Positions 37,279 to 49,887 of a stretch of DNA of 64,000 nucleotides are shown piece by piece (positions within the stretch are counted from its first letter, which is position 1; each line of letters begins with the position of its first letter). Location of the stretch: contig VJWM01000119.1 in assembly GCA_010909165.1 (NCBI GenBank), positions 558,001 to 622,000 on the forward strand. Reading direction: 5' to 3'. Position numbers and translations under genes: made by a program. The notes below the pieces were generated by a model, which worked only from the letters and a program-made list of their open reading frames with translations, made no database searches and was not told where the DNA came from. This DNA is from Anthoceros angustus (lineage: Eukaryota > Plantae > Anthocerotophyta).

Positions 37279-38740
37279 ATGGTGTTTTTGCGGTCTGGGT
37301 GGACAAACGAGATCACTCCCGTCCAGGAAACTCGCAGTCCCATCACCCAGTACCCGTCAGTCCGTAGGCCAAGTGGTCAGTTTGAGAGGGAGCATAGTCC
37401 CATCCGATCTATAGCATTTGAAGAGAGTAGTGCTGGAGTCGGAATGGAATATGAAATAGCGCCTAGCAAGAATGATGTGTTTACTGGCAGACATGGCAGC
37501 ATGTCGCTGGCTGATTTTGAGGAGAAGTTTAGGTGGGCAATCGATGAGATGGTGCTCAAGTACAAATCCGAGTTTACACCTGAGATGGCATTGAGGAAGA
37601 TGAGCACGTTCCTTGCAGGAGAGGCATTGACGTGCTATCGGGACTGCAAGGACCAGATCTTGCAAGATGCGCATGCTCTGGCCAAGGCAAGAATGGCCAA
37701 GAAGATGTTGAAGGTGGATGAGGTGGAAGAGGCGTCCAGTTCTACACAGGCTGACACCATTACATACCTGGTGGATGAGATGTTCGCCAAATTCGCGAAA
37801 TGTTTCGATGTCGTCCATAGAAAAGATTCGAGTCCGAGTTCACCATCAAGCATAACGAACCTCTCGATCCGCTTACTTGAGGTTGAGGCAAGCGGTAAAA
37901 GACACGCGTGTGAAGACAATGCGAAGCCGCCCGGATCTACATAGCTCTCCCGGGAAGGCAAAGGAGGGTGATTGCCAATTTCTTGCATATGATGCAGTGC
38001 GGATTCAGTGGAACAAGCCTATGAGATGGCCGAGCGGGTCATGAAGGCGATCGTGACCGTGCCTGGGAGGAGCACAATTTGGTCGGGGGGCTGACATGCC
38101 GTGAATAACCCAAGGTTTCATGGTAGAACCACACAACGGAACATACTCGGATGAATCTGCGAATTCCCCAAGCAAAGGGCATACGGCCAATAGCGCAGCC
38201 ACCAATAAAGCAACGGTGGAATGCCTTCGCTGCAGGGGGGCACACAAAGCTTTCGAGTGTGAATACCGAAGTGGGGGAACGAAGGAAAAAGAGCGTTGTC
38301 GTACGTGTGCCAAGACCGGACATACAGAAGCGGCGTGCTGGCAGGCCCATCCTGAACTCAAGCCAAAAGGGGCGGTAGAGCGGATGTCTGACAGAGCGAA
38401 ACCAACAGGAGGGTACACTCGGAGGGCGCTCCTCGGTGAGGTGCACAGGCTGCAAGAAAAATTGGCCATGAGCGTAAGCACGGGGGGAAGTTCGGTTGTC
38501 ACCACTGAGGAGTATGATTCGGATCCGGTGTATGCACTAATGACCATGAGGTCGTTTGAGGATGACAGGCTGGCCTTGACTTGGGAAGGCAGAGAAAGAA
38601 GGCCGAGAAAGGAATCACTCAAGATGCCCAAATCCTTGAGACGGTATGAAGAAGACCCGAGGTACGGATGTCAAGAGAAATCACCTAGTCTTGAGCTCAT
38701 GCTTGAGAAGGTGATGGACGTTCGTAATGAGTTTGCGTGA
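37279..38740 (+). CDS. gag: Retroelement Gag (frameshifted) with two zinc knuckles
   Basis: CLRCRGAHKAFEC and CRTCAKTGHTEAAC (CX2CX4HX4C); FTG...FEEKF...FLAGEALT capsid-like segment. Confidence 0.75.
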
Positions 38741-38919
38741 CCTCGGGGTCAAAACACAACCATTGAGGCAAGCGTTAAAGGCCCGGATGCGAAGGAGACT
38801 ACAGGGGCGTGGCGAGGTGTCCGGATGTGTCGGTTGGGTGAACACCTAAAACTGCGGCACGGGCAAGGGGCATTGCCATGGTGAAAAACCAAGGCCGAGA
38901 GGTGACGATCAGCAGGTTC

Positions 38920-39290
38920 GCTCGAACATGTGTTGGTGGACACGGTGCGGACCGGTATTGCTCGGGCGTGCAAAGCCCTACATGTCAGGAGATAAGCTCA
39001 AGCCATGTGATGTCCACATCACCACATCGGGAACCAAGGAACGAGTAATGGGAATGACCCGTGAGCCAGTACGCATAGAATTCAAGCCGGGAACCAAGGA
39101 TGCCTCCGTTATCGAAGTTCACTGCCTGGTATCTAACGCAAGGAACTATGACGCGTTACTTGGGGCTGATGCCACACACGGCCCAGCAATGGGGGTAGAT
39201 CCGCTGCACTCAGAAGCATTTTACAGGCCACGATGGCGAGATGGAGATTTCACACACGTGGCCAGGATACCACTTGACATGAGGCGACGG
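38920..39290 (+). CDS. Retroviral-type aspartic protease (frameshifted)
   Basis: EHVLVDT(GA) at ~38924-38950 and YDALLGAD. Confidence 0.7.
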
Positions 39291-39599
39291 GATGAAAAAT
39301 CAAATAGCATGATTGCATTCACGGCTTGTTCGGCTGATGTTGTGCATAGGCAAGTGGTTTGGGAAGAAAACCCGGATCTCATGCGGGAAGAGGTACAGGA
39401 GAGGATGTGGAGCCGCAAGTGCATGTACATCGTGAAGAACCCCATGCTATCGAGGCATTGTCTCGGAGCTCACCCGACGGTCGGTCAAGGCATGGAAGGC
39501 CTCCCACGGCGTCCGGACAACCATATGCCTAAGCTGGAATTGGATGATACCACCTTGAGGATCAACACGGCCGTGATTCGGTGGCAACGACGAGCGAGG

Positions 39600-40450
39600 C
39601 ATACATCGATGGAGTTGTGTTCGGGGATCGGCGGGCTTGAAGCGGTATTAAAGAGTGGAATGCGAGTAAAGAAATACACGTGTGTCGAAATAGATGAGAA
39701 GGCACGGCGTGCAAGTCCGGGATCATCGGGATGCAAAGAGCATATCCATGAGCATGGAAGCGGTGAAGGGATGTCGAGCGGTGCCGTCCGATGTTAGCTT
39801 GGTGGGGAAAGCGGCGGTTGAAAGCCATCGGTGTCCGGTCGATGTGTTAATTGCGGATGGGAATGCGGGGCGTTTTCTTGGTTGTGGAAAGGGTGACGGT
39901 GTGGAGATGGCTGCGATCGGGATTAAGGAAATACGGTGAGCAACCCAACTTCTGGTACTATTGGAGAATGTCATGGAGCATTAGACAAACGCGAGCACAT
40001 CGGGAAGAGCTATGAAACTCGGATGGTGGCTAGGTGAGGAATTTGTCATTGATCTGTCAGACGGGTTCATATGCCCATCGCGCGGAGTTTTTGGACCAAC
40101 ATCACCGGTGGAGGTGTTGAGGCAACATCGTGAACCCACCAAGCCGTAAAACGATGCGTGGATGAGATTCGGGGCAGGCGGATGTTCTCGGCGGTCGAAG
40201 GACGGACAAACCGCCGTGCTTTCCAAAGAACAAGATTGGGAAGCCGAAGGGCCCGCCCACGCTCGTAAGGGGCTGCCATCTTATGCCTTCCGCAGGTGGG
40301 GACGGCATGGTAGTGGATGTCGGAAGCAGATCGGTGAGCCCACGGTGGCGGCGTGAAGCGAGCCATGGGATTCGACAGATGGGACATCACGCGAGGCATC
40401 TCCAGCATATCGCAAGTTGCTCGGACAAGCATTCGACGACTTGCTGCGGT
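39600..40450 (+). CDS. C5-cytosine DNA methyltransferase domain within pol (frameshifted)
   Basis: Motif I ELCSGIG (39612), motif II VEID, motif IV PVDVLIA-(G)WEC..FS (39858-39866, needs one indel), motif VI LLENV (39964), motif VIII AHR.R.FWTN (40073-40103), motif IX EP...AMGF, motif X LLGQAFD (40417), in canonical order. Confidence 0.82.
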
Positions 40451-40799
40451 TGAGCGTGGGCTGGTCACACAAATGGGCGGTACAAGGCGGAGGTGAGGCA
40501 CACCTATTGGTACTCGAGAAGGCGAGTTTCCAACGGAGTATCGTAAAGAAAGGTACACTGCGGACACCGCAGGAACAGCGACAATACAAGAAAACCGAGA
40601 TGGTGTGAATTCAGCACATGAGTGGCAGATATGCGAGGAACTGGAAGAAGCCGATCGGACGAGATCCGGATATGCTACTGATGAAACACGCCGCCAGCGT
40701 TGGTGGGTGAGGCGGTATGATCGCATCAAATTCAAGATCACCACCACCACTAGTGAACCTGTGTTCCGACGAAGGCAGTGAGTCCCATGGAGTGGGACA

Positions 40800-42620
40800 T
40801 CGTAGAAAGAAGATGCAAGGAATTGGCGGCGGCGGGCTAATTAGGAAGTCCACTTCACGATGCGCTCTGGTGTTGCCATTGAAGAAGGATGAAAATGGCG
40901 AATGGAAGGACCGGAGGATGTGTGGGGACTATCGTGCTCAATGAGGTGACGCCTATGGAGCGATATCCTATGCCCACGCCGGATGAAATTTTCGATGCCA
41001 TCAGGCGGGCCAAGTATTTCACTACGTTGGATTTCGATCGCTTCAATCAAATTGTCATCGAAGAGAAAGACAAGTGCAAGACAGCGTTCTGGGGCAAAGA
41101 CCAACTTTGGGAATGGGAAACGATGCCGTTTGGTCTAAAGAATGCGTCTATATACTTTCAGAGGGTGGCTGATTTGGAGCTGCAGGGACTGCCGTTTATA
41201 CGATGCTACATCGATGACATCTTGGTGTTTAGCAACAGCCTGGAAGAACATCTCCAGCACCTGGAGATTCTATTGCAGAGGTTGGCCGCATCGGGATTAA
41301 AGGCACATCCAAAAAAATGCAAGTTCGCATATAAAGAAATAGAATACTTGGGACACAAGATAGTTCCAGAGGGTGCTGCCTCGGTTGGCTAAGTCGTGCA
41401 ATTGATCTAATGCCTCGACCCGAGGCGTCCGCATTGAGGGCATTCTTGGGCGTCAACTACTATCGCCGCTTTGTCGCAACATGAGTAGTGTGTGCAAGCC
41501 GTATGAATTGCTCAAGAAGGAGTGCCACAGCAATGGGAACAAGAGCAAGAACAAGCTTGGCGAATTGAAGAACCAGTGGCGGAAGGCCAATGTTAAAAGG
41601 CGACTTTGAGAAGCCTTTTGTCTTGCACACGGATTGAGTGCGGTGGTCTTGGGGCATGCTAGCTCAAGCAGACGAGGAAGGCGAGGCGAGTCGTCGCATA
41701 CGAGGTCCAACAATGCCGCGAGGCAAACTACTCGTCATATGAAGGAATGCCCGCGGCCGTTTGGGCGGTTTTACATTTCGAGTGTATTTGTTTGGTGAGC
41801 TTTGATTGATCACGGATCATCAGCCTTCGGCTGATGACAAACATGAAATTGAGCGGAAACTTGCCGGATGGGCGCTTTTGCTTGTACGATGCTACATCGA
41901 TGACATCTTGGTGTTTAGCAACACTGGAAGAACATCTCCAAAGACTGGAGATTCACAGAGGTTGGCCGATCGGGATTAAAGGCACATCCAAAAATGCAAG
42001 TTCGCATAAGGAAATAGAATACTTGGACACAAGATAGTTCCGGAGGGTGCTGCCTCGGTTGGCTAAGGTACGCGTAATTGATCTAATGCCTCGACCCGAG
42101 ACGCCGCCGCATTGAGGGCATTCTTGGGACCGGTCAACTACTATCGCCGCTTTGTCCGCAACATGAGTAGTGTGTGCAAGCAATCGTATGAATTGCTCAA
42201 GAAGGAGTGCCCGCAATGGGAACAAGAGCAAGAACAAGCTTGGCGAATTGAAGAACCAGGAAAGGCCAATGTTAAAAGGCTCGACTTTGAGAAGCCTTTT
42301 GTCTTGTACACGGATTGAGTGCGGTGGTCTTGGGGCATGCTAGCTCAAGCAGACGAGGAAGGCAGAGCGAGTCGCCGACACGCGAGTAGGTCCAACAATG
42401 CCGCGAGGCAAACTACTCATATGAAGGGAATGCCCGCGCCGCTTGGGCGGTTTTACATTTCGAGTATATTTGTTTGGTGGAGCTTTGATTGATCACGGAT
42501 CATCAGCCCCTAATCGCTGATGACAAACATGAAATTGAGCGGAAACTTGCCGATGGGCGCTTTTGCTCGACGATATGCAGTTGTGCATCGAGCGGCAAAG
42601 TGCATCTCAATGCCGGACTC
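40800..42620 (+). CDS. pol: Reverse transcriptase plus RNase H (frameshifted; 41199-41884 duplicated as 41885-42570)
   Basis: RMCGDYR, YPMP, YFTTLD, KTAF, MPFGLKNA, CYIDDILVFS, KKCKF, YLGH; FEKPFVLYTD, NYSSYEG, LITDHQP. Confidence 0.9.
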
Positions 42621-42899
42621 GGCGGGAACCCGGTGCGACAAAGGTGATGCGTGGAGCAAGGCGGGACTTTGGATCCACTCAAGGCATGCCCGGTTACTAC
42701 ATGGCCCTTATGTCCATAGAGCAAGAAGATGGAAGGCATCCGCCGAGGGAGGAGAGATATCCGCGAATGAGCAAGCCATACATCTGCGGAAGGATGATCC
42801 TGTATGGATCCCTCGGCCCTACACAGATTACAACGGAAGATCAGTCGTTACACCTATGAAAACGGCAAAGTATGGGTGACAGATCGTGGAGTACTCAAG

Positions 42900-44183
42900 G
42901 AGGTACCACCCATAGGGAGAGGAAGCAATTGGCAACCAAGGTGCACATCACGCTTGGACACTTTGGGGTAAAACGCATCACATGTTGAAGAACGCCTACT
43001 TTTGGTCGGATGTATGCGGATGTTGAAAAGGTGGTGGCCAAGTGTGCGCGTGTGATGCGATTAAGGCCGAGTTCAACGGCCGGGATGTGGTCGCACTCGC
43101 GCCCATCGAGGACTCTTCTTGGATGGTCATCGACTTGATGCACGAGCTACCAATCACCAAGCAGGCAATGTATAATCGCATGTTGATGATCGAGCATTTT
43201 CAAAATGGGTGGAATTGGCCTTCCGCCGCTTAGAAGTTCGCAGATACCGCCCGAGCATTCCGCAATGTGTTCTCGGCAGATATGGTAGTTCTTGAAGTGC
43301 TAAGCGGCCAAGGCAATGAGTTTCGAGGAGAGTTTGCGTTCTTTGGATCGAGCGATAGATCACAGTAACCTCCCGAGATCACCCTCGGTGATGGGTGGCG
43401 GAGCGATTAGTGCAGACTTTCAAGGATTCGCGGAAATATTGCATGGAGATCGAGCCCGATTGTTGGGATGAGCTATTGCCTTATGTGGCTCGGGATACCG
43501 AATCGCAAGCCGCTCTTGGCAACCGATTATACATCATGTTTGGCGAAGCAGTCATGCCAAACATAGTGGCAGACACTTACTCGGGCCGTGGGTGGGCACA
43601 GGACTCAAGGATGTCTTTGAATTGCAAGCAAGAGCCGAGTTATTTCAACGTGATCTGGATGGCCATGGACAACCTAGCTATAGCCCAACAGGATCGACGG
43701 TGTCGTTTACGGGGAGGTTCGTGGAAACCAAAGCAAGGAAGTTTGAGGTGGGTGACTTTGTTTATCTGCAGCATCGACCCTCAACCACTTTGGACGTAAG
43801 CCGGGCGCCTGATTTTGCGAGTGGTACACGTCGGTGAACAAGGGGTGATTGAGTTGGAAGGACAGGATGGGCGAAGGCGTAAAGAGCACATGCGGCATTT
43901 GGCCCCATGCCATCTGCCCAATCTTGACACAAGGACACAACCGCAAGCATGGAGACCACCGATTGATCTACCTTGTGGGTTCTGCGGCCGTGTCTCTGAT
44001 TCGGAATTAATGCTACTTTGCGACAAATGCAACGCAGGGTACCATGTCTTTTGCCTACGACCGCCGCTCAAAACAATTCCAGAAGGCGATTGGTTTTGCC
44101 ACCGCTGCAACACCTCACAAGCGAACCAAGTAGCTGGGGGGCCAAGCGGGCGGCTCATGAGTGACGCAGACTCGACCCAATAG
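42900..44183 (+). CDS. DDE integrase with C-terminal PHD finger (frameshifted)
   Basis: HITLGHFG...C..C (HHCC), IDL, QGNEF, AERLVQTFK, FEVGDFVYL; PHD CGFC..LLCDKC..YHVFCL.PPL..IPEGDWFCHRC at 43974-44108. Confidence 0.85.
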
Positions 44184-44276
44184 GGGCAACAAGGCGCGGG
44201 AGCCCGTTCACATGTCGCACGGGCGACCACGCGTAGGTGTAGAGTAAGATAAGGGGGGGGGTAATAACAAATACGG

Positions 44277-45658
44277 ATGTTTGGAGCCCTAAAACGGCAG
44301 GTCATGAGTGCTCAAGGCAAAGAAGCTAGGGCACCGGAGCCGGGCAGTGTGAGCAAGGAAGATCGCACACAGGCACTTGTGAGGCAACGCGCTGGGAGTC
44401 GTGCGCCACGACGAGGTCGGACCTACCTCACAGGATGCGCGAGGCCGGCGGTGGGTGGTCACCAGCATGGCCGTGAGCGCGAAGACAGCACGCGAGTGGG
44501 GCATCTGGTGCCGTGAGGGTCGATCACAAGCGGGCGTCCGTGCATCCAGGTGATTGGCTGTTTGCAACCCATGAACTAAAATCGCTCTTGGTTTGACGGT
44601 CTTGTGTGAAAGTGAGTCGCCATCACACGACGCTCCGCCGCCTCGCGATCTGTCGGGGCACGACCGCGGTGGGCGATTGAGGCGAGTGGTGTCGTGAAGG
44701 ATCAAGCATTGATTGATCGGTGCATCACGAGGCGGCGGTGGGTGATCACCAGCATGGCCGTGACCGCGATTCGCGGTAAGGAGTCCGTGGTGTGGTGCTA
44801 AGGTGGTCCTATGATGGATTTGGAAGCGGATCATACACGCAAAACACCGCCACTGCATCACAGTGCCCCAATTCCACGAGGCCGTGGAAGATAAGTGGCG
44901 CACTCCTTTGGTGCGCAAGTACCACGGCAAGCGAGCGGCGAAACGTTCACGGAATTACAGGCGTTCTTGTTATCGTGGAGTCTCATCATGAGACATGCAA
45001 TGTTGAGAATTTTCCATATGACCACAGGGACTTGTTCGAACTTGCAGGAAGGGGGATGAACAGGCAATCGTTTGTGTGGACTAGCTTTTGTGAAGGAGCG
45101 TTTCGTAAGTTAGAACATCACCTCTTTATGCATCAAGTTTTTGATCATTGGCCTAAGGAGGGGTTTTTGATGTATAGGCAGAGAAACTGCGGACTTGAGT
45201 CTCAAGGTGTGGCTTAGCCATTTGCATCGCAGCGGACGATATGCCGCCGGCTATCCAAGAGCTTTTATCGCCTATTTGCTTGTCTGCGGACGAGAATTTT
45301 GGAGTGGGATGAGCCCACAACCGAAAGGCCGGTACTTGCCGAACAACAACGTGGGTGAATATTTGCGCACGCAATGCATCGACAAAGCGACTACGTGAAT
45401 GGGTTGAATGGACCACGGATGGCGAGTCAAGGCGAGCTTGGCGGTGATGAGGAAGAGGAGCTAATGGCTCGACATCGAGCCCGAGAACGGCAGCGATTGG
45501 GAAAAGCGCAAGTAGATGAGTACTTTGATCACGAAGAGCGGCGGTGGCGCTCGCCGCGGTCGCCGAAGCACGGCGACCCTCCGAACCCGGCGGACAATAT
45601 GTTTGACGGTTCTCTGAAGATTTTATGGGATATGAAAATGCCCAAAGTCTTTGCCTGA
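44277..45658 (+). CDS. Putative additional 3' ORF of the retroelement, unknown function (fragmented)
   Basis: Chain of overlapping + ORFs (44277-44516, 44792-45217, 45195-45398, 45374-45658) between the pol stop and repeat B1; no recognisable family. Confidence 0.4.
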
Positions 45659-45681
45659 CGTGCGCTACTTTGGCGGGGGCC

Positions 45682-45821
45682 ATTGGCGATTCGAGTTTTG
45701 TGGCTTTGATTAATCACGATCTTGTGCAAACACTTAACTTAAGTGCGGTTTATGGTCATTACACTCCGCACTAGTTACAGTCATCAACGTGTCACAGCGG
45801 CTATGCGGCTCGTGGCGGCGG
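45682..45821 (+). repeat. Direct repeat B1 (copy B2 at 46263-46405)
   Basis: CATTGGC..TTCGAGTTTT...AACACTTAACTTAAGTGCGGTTTATGGTCATTACACTCCGCACTAGTTACAG...GCTATGCGGCTCGT at both loci. Confidence 0.92.
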
Positions 45822-46699
45822 TATCATGACATCTGATGTGATAACTTGTGAGTGGACATGTTGATTAGCTAGGATGTGCATGAGCATGGCATGCATGCCC
45901 ATCTGTAGGCATGCACACACAAGCATGCTGATAACCATGTGTGTGACCCTGCGGAGGCCCGTGAATCGCGCGTAAGCAACGGGTGACGGACCCGTGCTGG
46001 GCCAGGCGTCACGGCGGAATTATGGCGCGCCATGGACGGCAGTCCTCTTGGACGTCAAGGCGCACCGCGGTGCGTGATCGGCGGAAGGGCGCCAAGCATT
46101 TAGCGATAGTAGGCTCCAATCCGCGGTGGCAAGCGGATTGTCGATGTTTGTTCTTACAGGCGACCATACGAATCCCAATGAAGAAGGGTGCGGAGTTCCT
46201 TTGACAATCACGGCTCTGGGAGGTGCGGGTGGATGGGCTTAGGCCCGATTGAAGGACGAATTCATTGGCAGTTCGAGTTTTTGTGGCTTTGATTAATACT
46301 GATGCTGTGCAAACACTTAACTTAAGTGCGGTTTATGGTCATTACACTCCGCACTAGTTACAGGTCATCACTGTGTCCTGACAGCTATGCGGCTCGTAGC
46401 GCGACATGGACGTCGTAGTCCTTAGGATTACCCCATCAAGTGCGTTATGAAGGGCAATGGATACCCCAGCCTAATAACGGAAAGAATATTGTGAAAAAGG
46501 AGAGAGTAGTGCGCCTCCATGGACGATATGCTTTGCCGCAAGACCTCACAATTTCCAAAGCAAGGAAGATGAAGAAGTGGCCTTCCTATTCCCATAACAA
46601 AGCAAGGAGGATGAAGAGACCATGGCCTTCCTATTTTCCTACACTTAACAATGACCTTGGATGCCGTGCGCCGTTACCCCTAACCCAGACGCTTTACGA

Positions 46700-47062
46700 T
46701 TAACTTGTTCAGAGGTGGAGTCTTCGGCTATTGTCCCCCAACCTACATATAAAGTTTAGGATTACCCCGTTCAGAGGTGGAGTCGTTGTTGTTGCCACCC
46801 AACCTAAATATAAGGTGTAGAATTACCCCGTTCAGAGGTAGAGTCTCTGTAGTATGCACAACCACAACATTTGTCATCCAACCAAAATATAAGGTTTAGG
46901 ATTACCCCGTTCAGAGATAGAGTCTCTATAGTATGCACAACCACAACGTTTGTCATCGAGACTTTATCGCCTTGGATAAGGTAATCTGTAGTATGCACAA
47001 CCACAATGGTTGTCACCGAGACTTTATCGCCTTGGATAAGGTGCATGTCGGCCCTCACCGAC
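46700..47062 (-). mobile_element. Decayed CRE-like endonuclease fragment amplified as ~60-bp tandem repeats
   Basis: RADMHLIQGDKVSVTTIVVVHT repeated, resembling RADLYFVRGDQISVVDVVVIDP; ATTACCCCGTTCAGAG repeated three times. Confidence 0.55.
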
Positions 47063-47407
47063 CGACCTATTTGTAGAGCGTAGCAACACTTTCTCTAAAC
47101 CACGTGAACACTTTCATGAGCGATTGTCATAAAGTTCAATCAAAAGTTAAATGATCGATAGAGTTATATAAATAGATAATCTTATCTCACCTAGATTTAA
47201 TATTAAAAATTATTTTAAAAATATAAATATATAGTTCAGAGTACAAAAAAGTAGACCAATTCATATTAAGATTATAATATTATAATATATATAATGGTAT
47301 TATTAACTATAAGTAACGTCACTTATGCGTAGATCCTGGACCCCAACGCAAGTGTACGCTGAGGGAAACATTGGAAGGTTCACCAACCAGATGGAGGGAA
47401 GGGAAAA

Positions 47408-48737
<1,330 letters not shown>

Positions 48738-49324
48738 GGCTGCAGTTGCGCAGGCTGTATAGCTTACAGAGCCAGCTGCAATAGTACTATGGAGCTCCGA
48801 AGGGGATGCTCCGATCGATCTGCGTGGAAGCCGAGACCGAAGTGAGGTGACAAGACCTGGTAATTGCACCATCGCCACAGGATTTTGTAGCATGTCGCTC
48901 CTCTCTTTTTTAGCGGAGCTCACCAAACTTAGGCGGATTCCTGGAGCCAGCCTCGTTGCGGTTGCAGACCTGTTCAAACAGCCTTCAAATTGCTCCGTTA
49001 TATAACAACCAAGCACCCAACTTCAAACCAACCCAACCCCACCCAAATCAACCCGGCCCAGCAAACCATACCTTGTGTTTGACCAACAAGGTGGCAAGCT
49101 GATAGTCACATATAGTTTTAGGCTAACATACTCCCAATATTTTGCAATTTTTAAATCCTTTATAAAATAATTATTAATTACTTTTTAAAAATAAAATCTA
49201 AAAGTACTTTTATCGAATCCAAAGGAGCATTTTATATTCTAACCATATACTGTTATGTAGGTTGGGATAATCAAGCTGATATAAGATAGTCAAGCAAATA
49301 TAAGAATTGTTGTGAGGTATAGGC

Positions 49325-49887
49325 TATGGAATAGCATTCTTGTCACCCACATACGGAGAAAACTTGTTTTTTTTCTTTGTGCAGATGTGGTGCGCCAATA
49401 GGCTCAGTGACCAAGAGCGCCTAGAGAGAGTAAAGACTGGACTCTAAAGGACAGAGCTCGAGGCGTGGCCACCAGCCACGGCTCAAACTTGAGCATGGAT
49501 ATCAGCGAGTCGTGAAACAGCTGCAGTGTTGGATGGGGCACATCCGCCGACTTGTTGCTGTTTCCGTACATCGGGTTGTTTGTATTGCCCGAGCAATTGC
49601 TGAAGGCAAAACCCTGGTGAGTGGCATTCAGGAAGAGAGCAACGTCAGTGGCCTAGCCACGACGGTGGATCACGCCTGCTCTAGCCATTAGTGGCCTAAC
49701 CGTGACGGTCTCATCATGGCCGATTGGTCTAGAAGGAACTCCTTCTGGCTCCATGCACGAAGCTAGGATGAAGCTAGACCTCCACTTGGGTGCCTCAAGC
49801 CAAGTGGCGCACCAGCTCTGCACAAAACAAAAAAAGGTCACAAACAAGTTTCCCTAAACTTGTGGGTGACGAGAACGGTATTCCATA
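49325..49887. mobile_element. MITE-like element with ~85-95 bp imperfect terminal inverted repeats
   Basis: TATGGAATAGCATTCTTGTCACCCACA...TTTGTGCAGATGTGGTGCGCCA is mirrored by TGGCGCACCAGCTCTGCACAAA...TGTGGGTGACGAGAACGGTATTCCATA; flanks ATAGGC/ATAGGGC. Confidence 0.7.

Larger units (their letters stand above)
36497..46405 (+). mobile_element. Ty3/gypsy-type retrotransposon: gag-PR-DNA methyltransferase-RT-RNaseH-integrase-PHD, extra 3' ORF and split direct repeats
   Basis: Termini TGTC...GACA flanked by TGGA/TGGA. Domain order PR-RT-RH-IN. Terminal repeats A1 36497-36942, B1 45682-45821, A2 45822-46262, B2 46263-46405. Confidence 0.88.

Noticed and set aside
36497-46405. Classification as a DIRS/PAT tyrosine-recombinase element on the basis of the split repeats
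   Set aside because: HHCC/DDE integrase, aspartic protease, gypsy-type RT, TG..CA ends and a TSD are present; no convincing recombinase was found.
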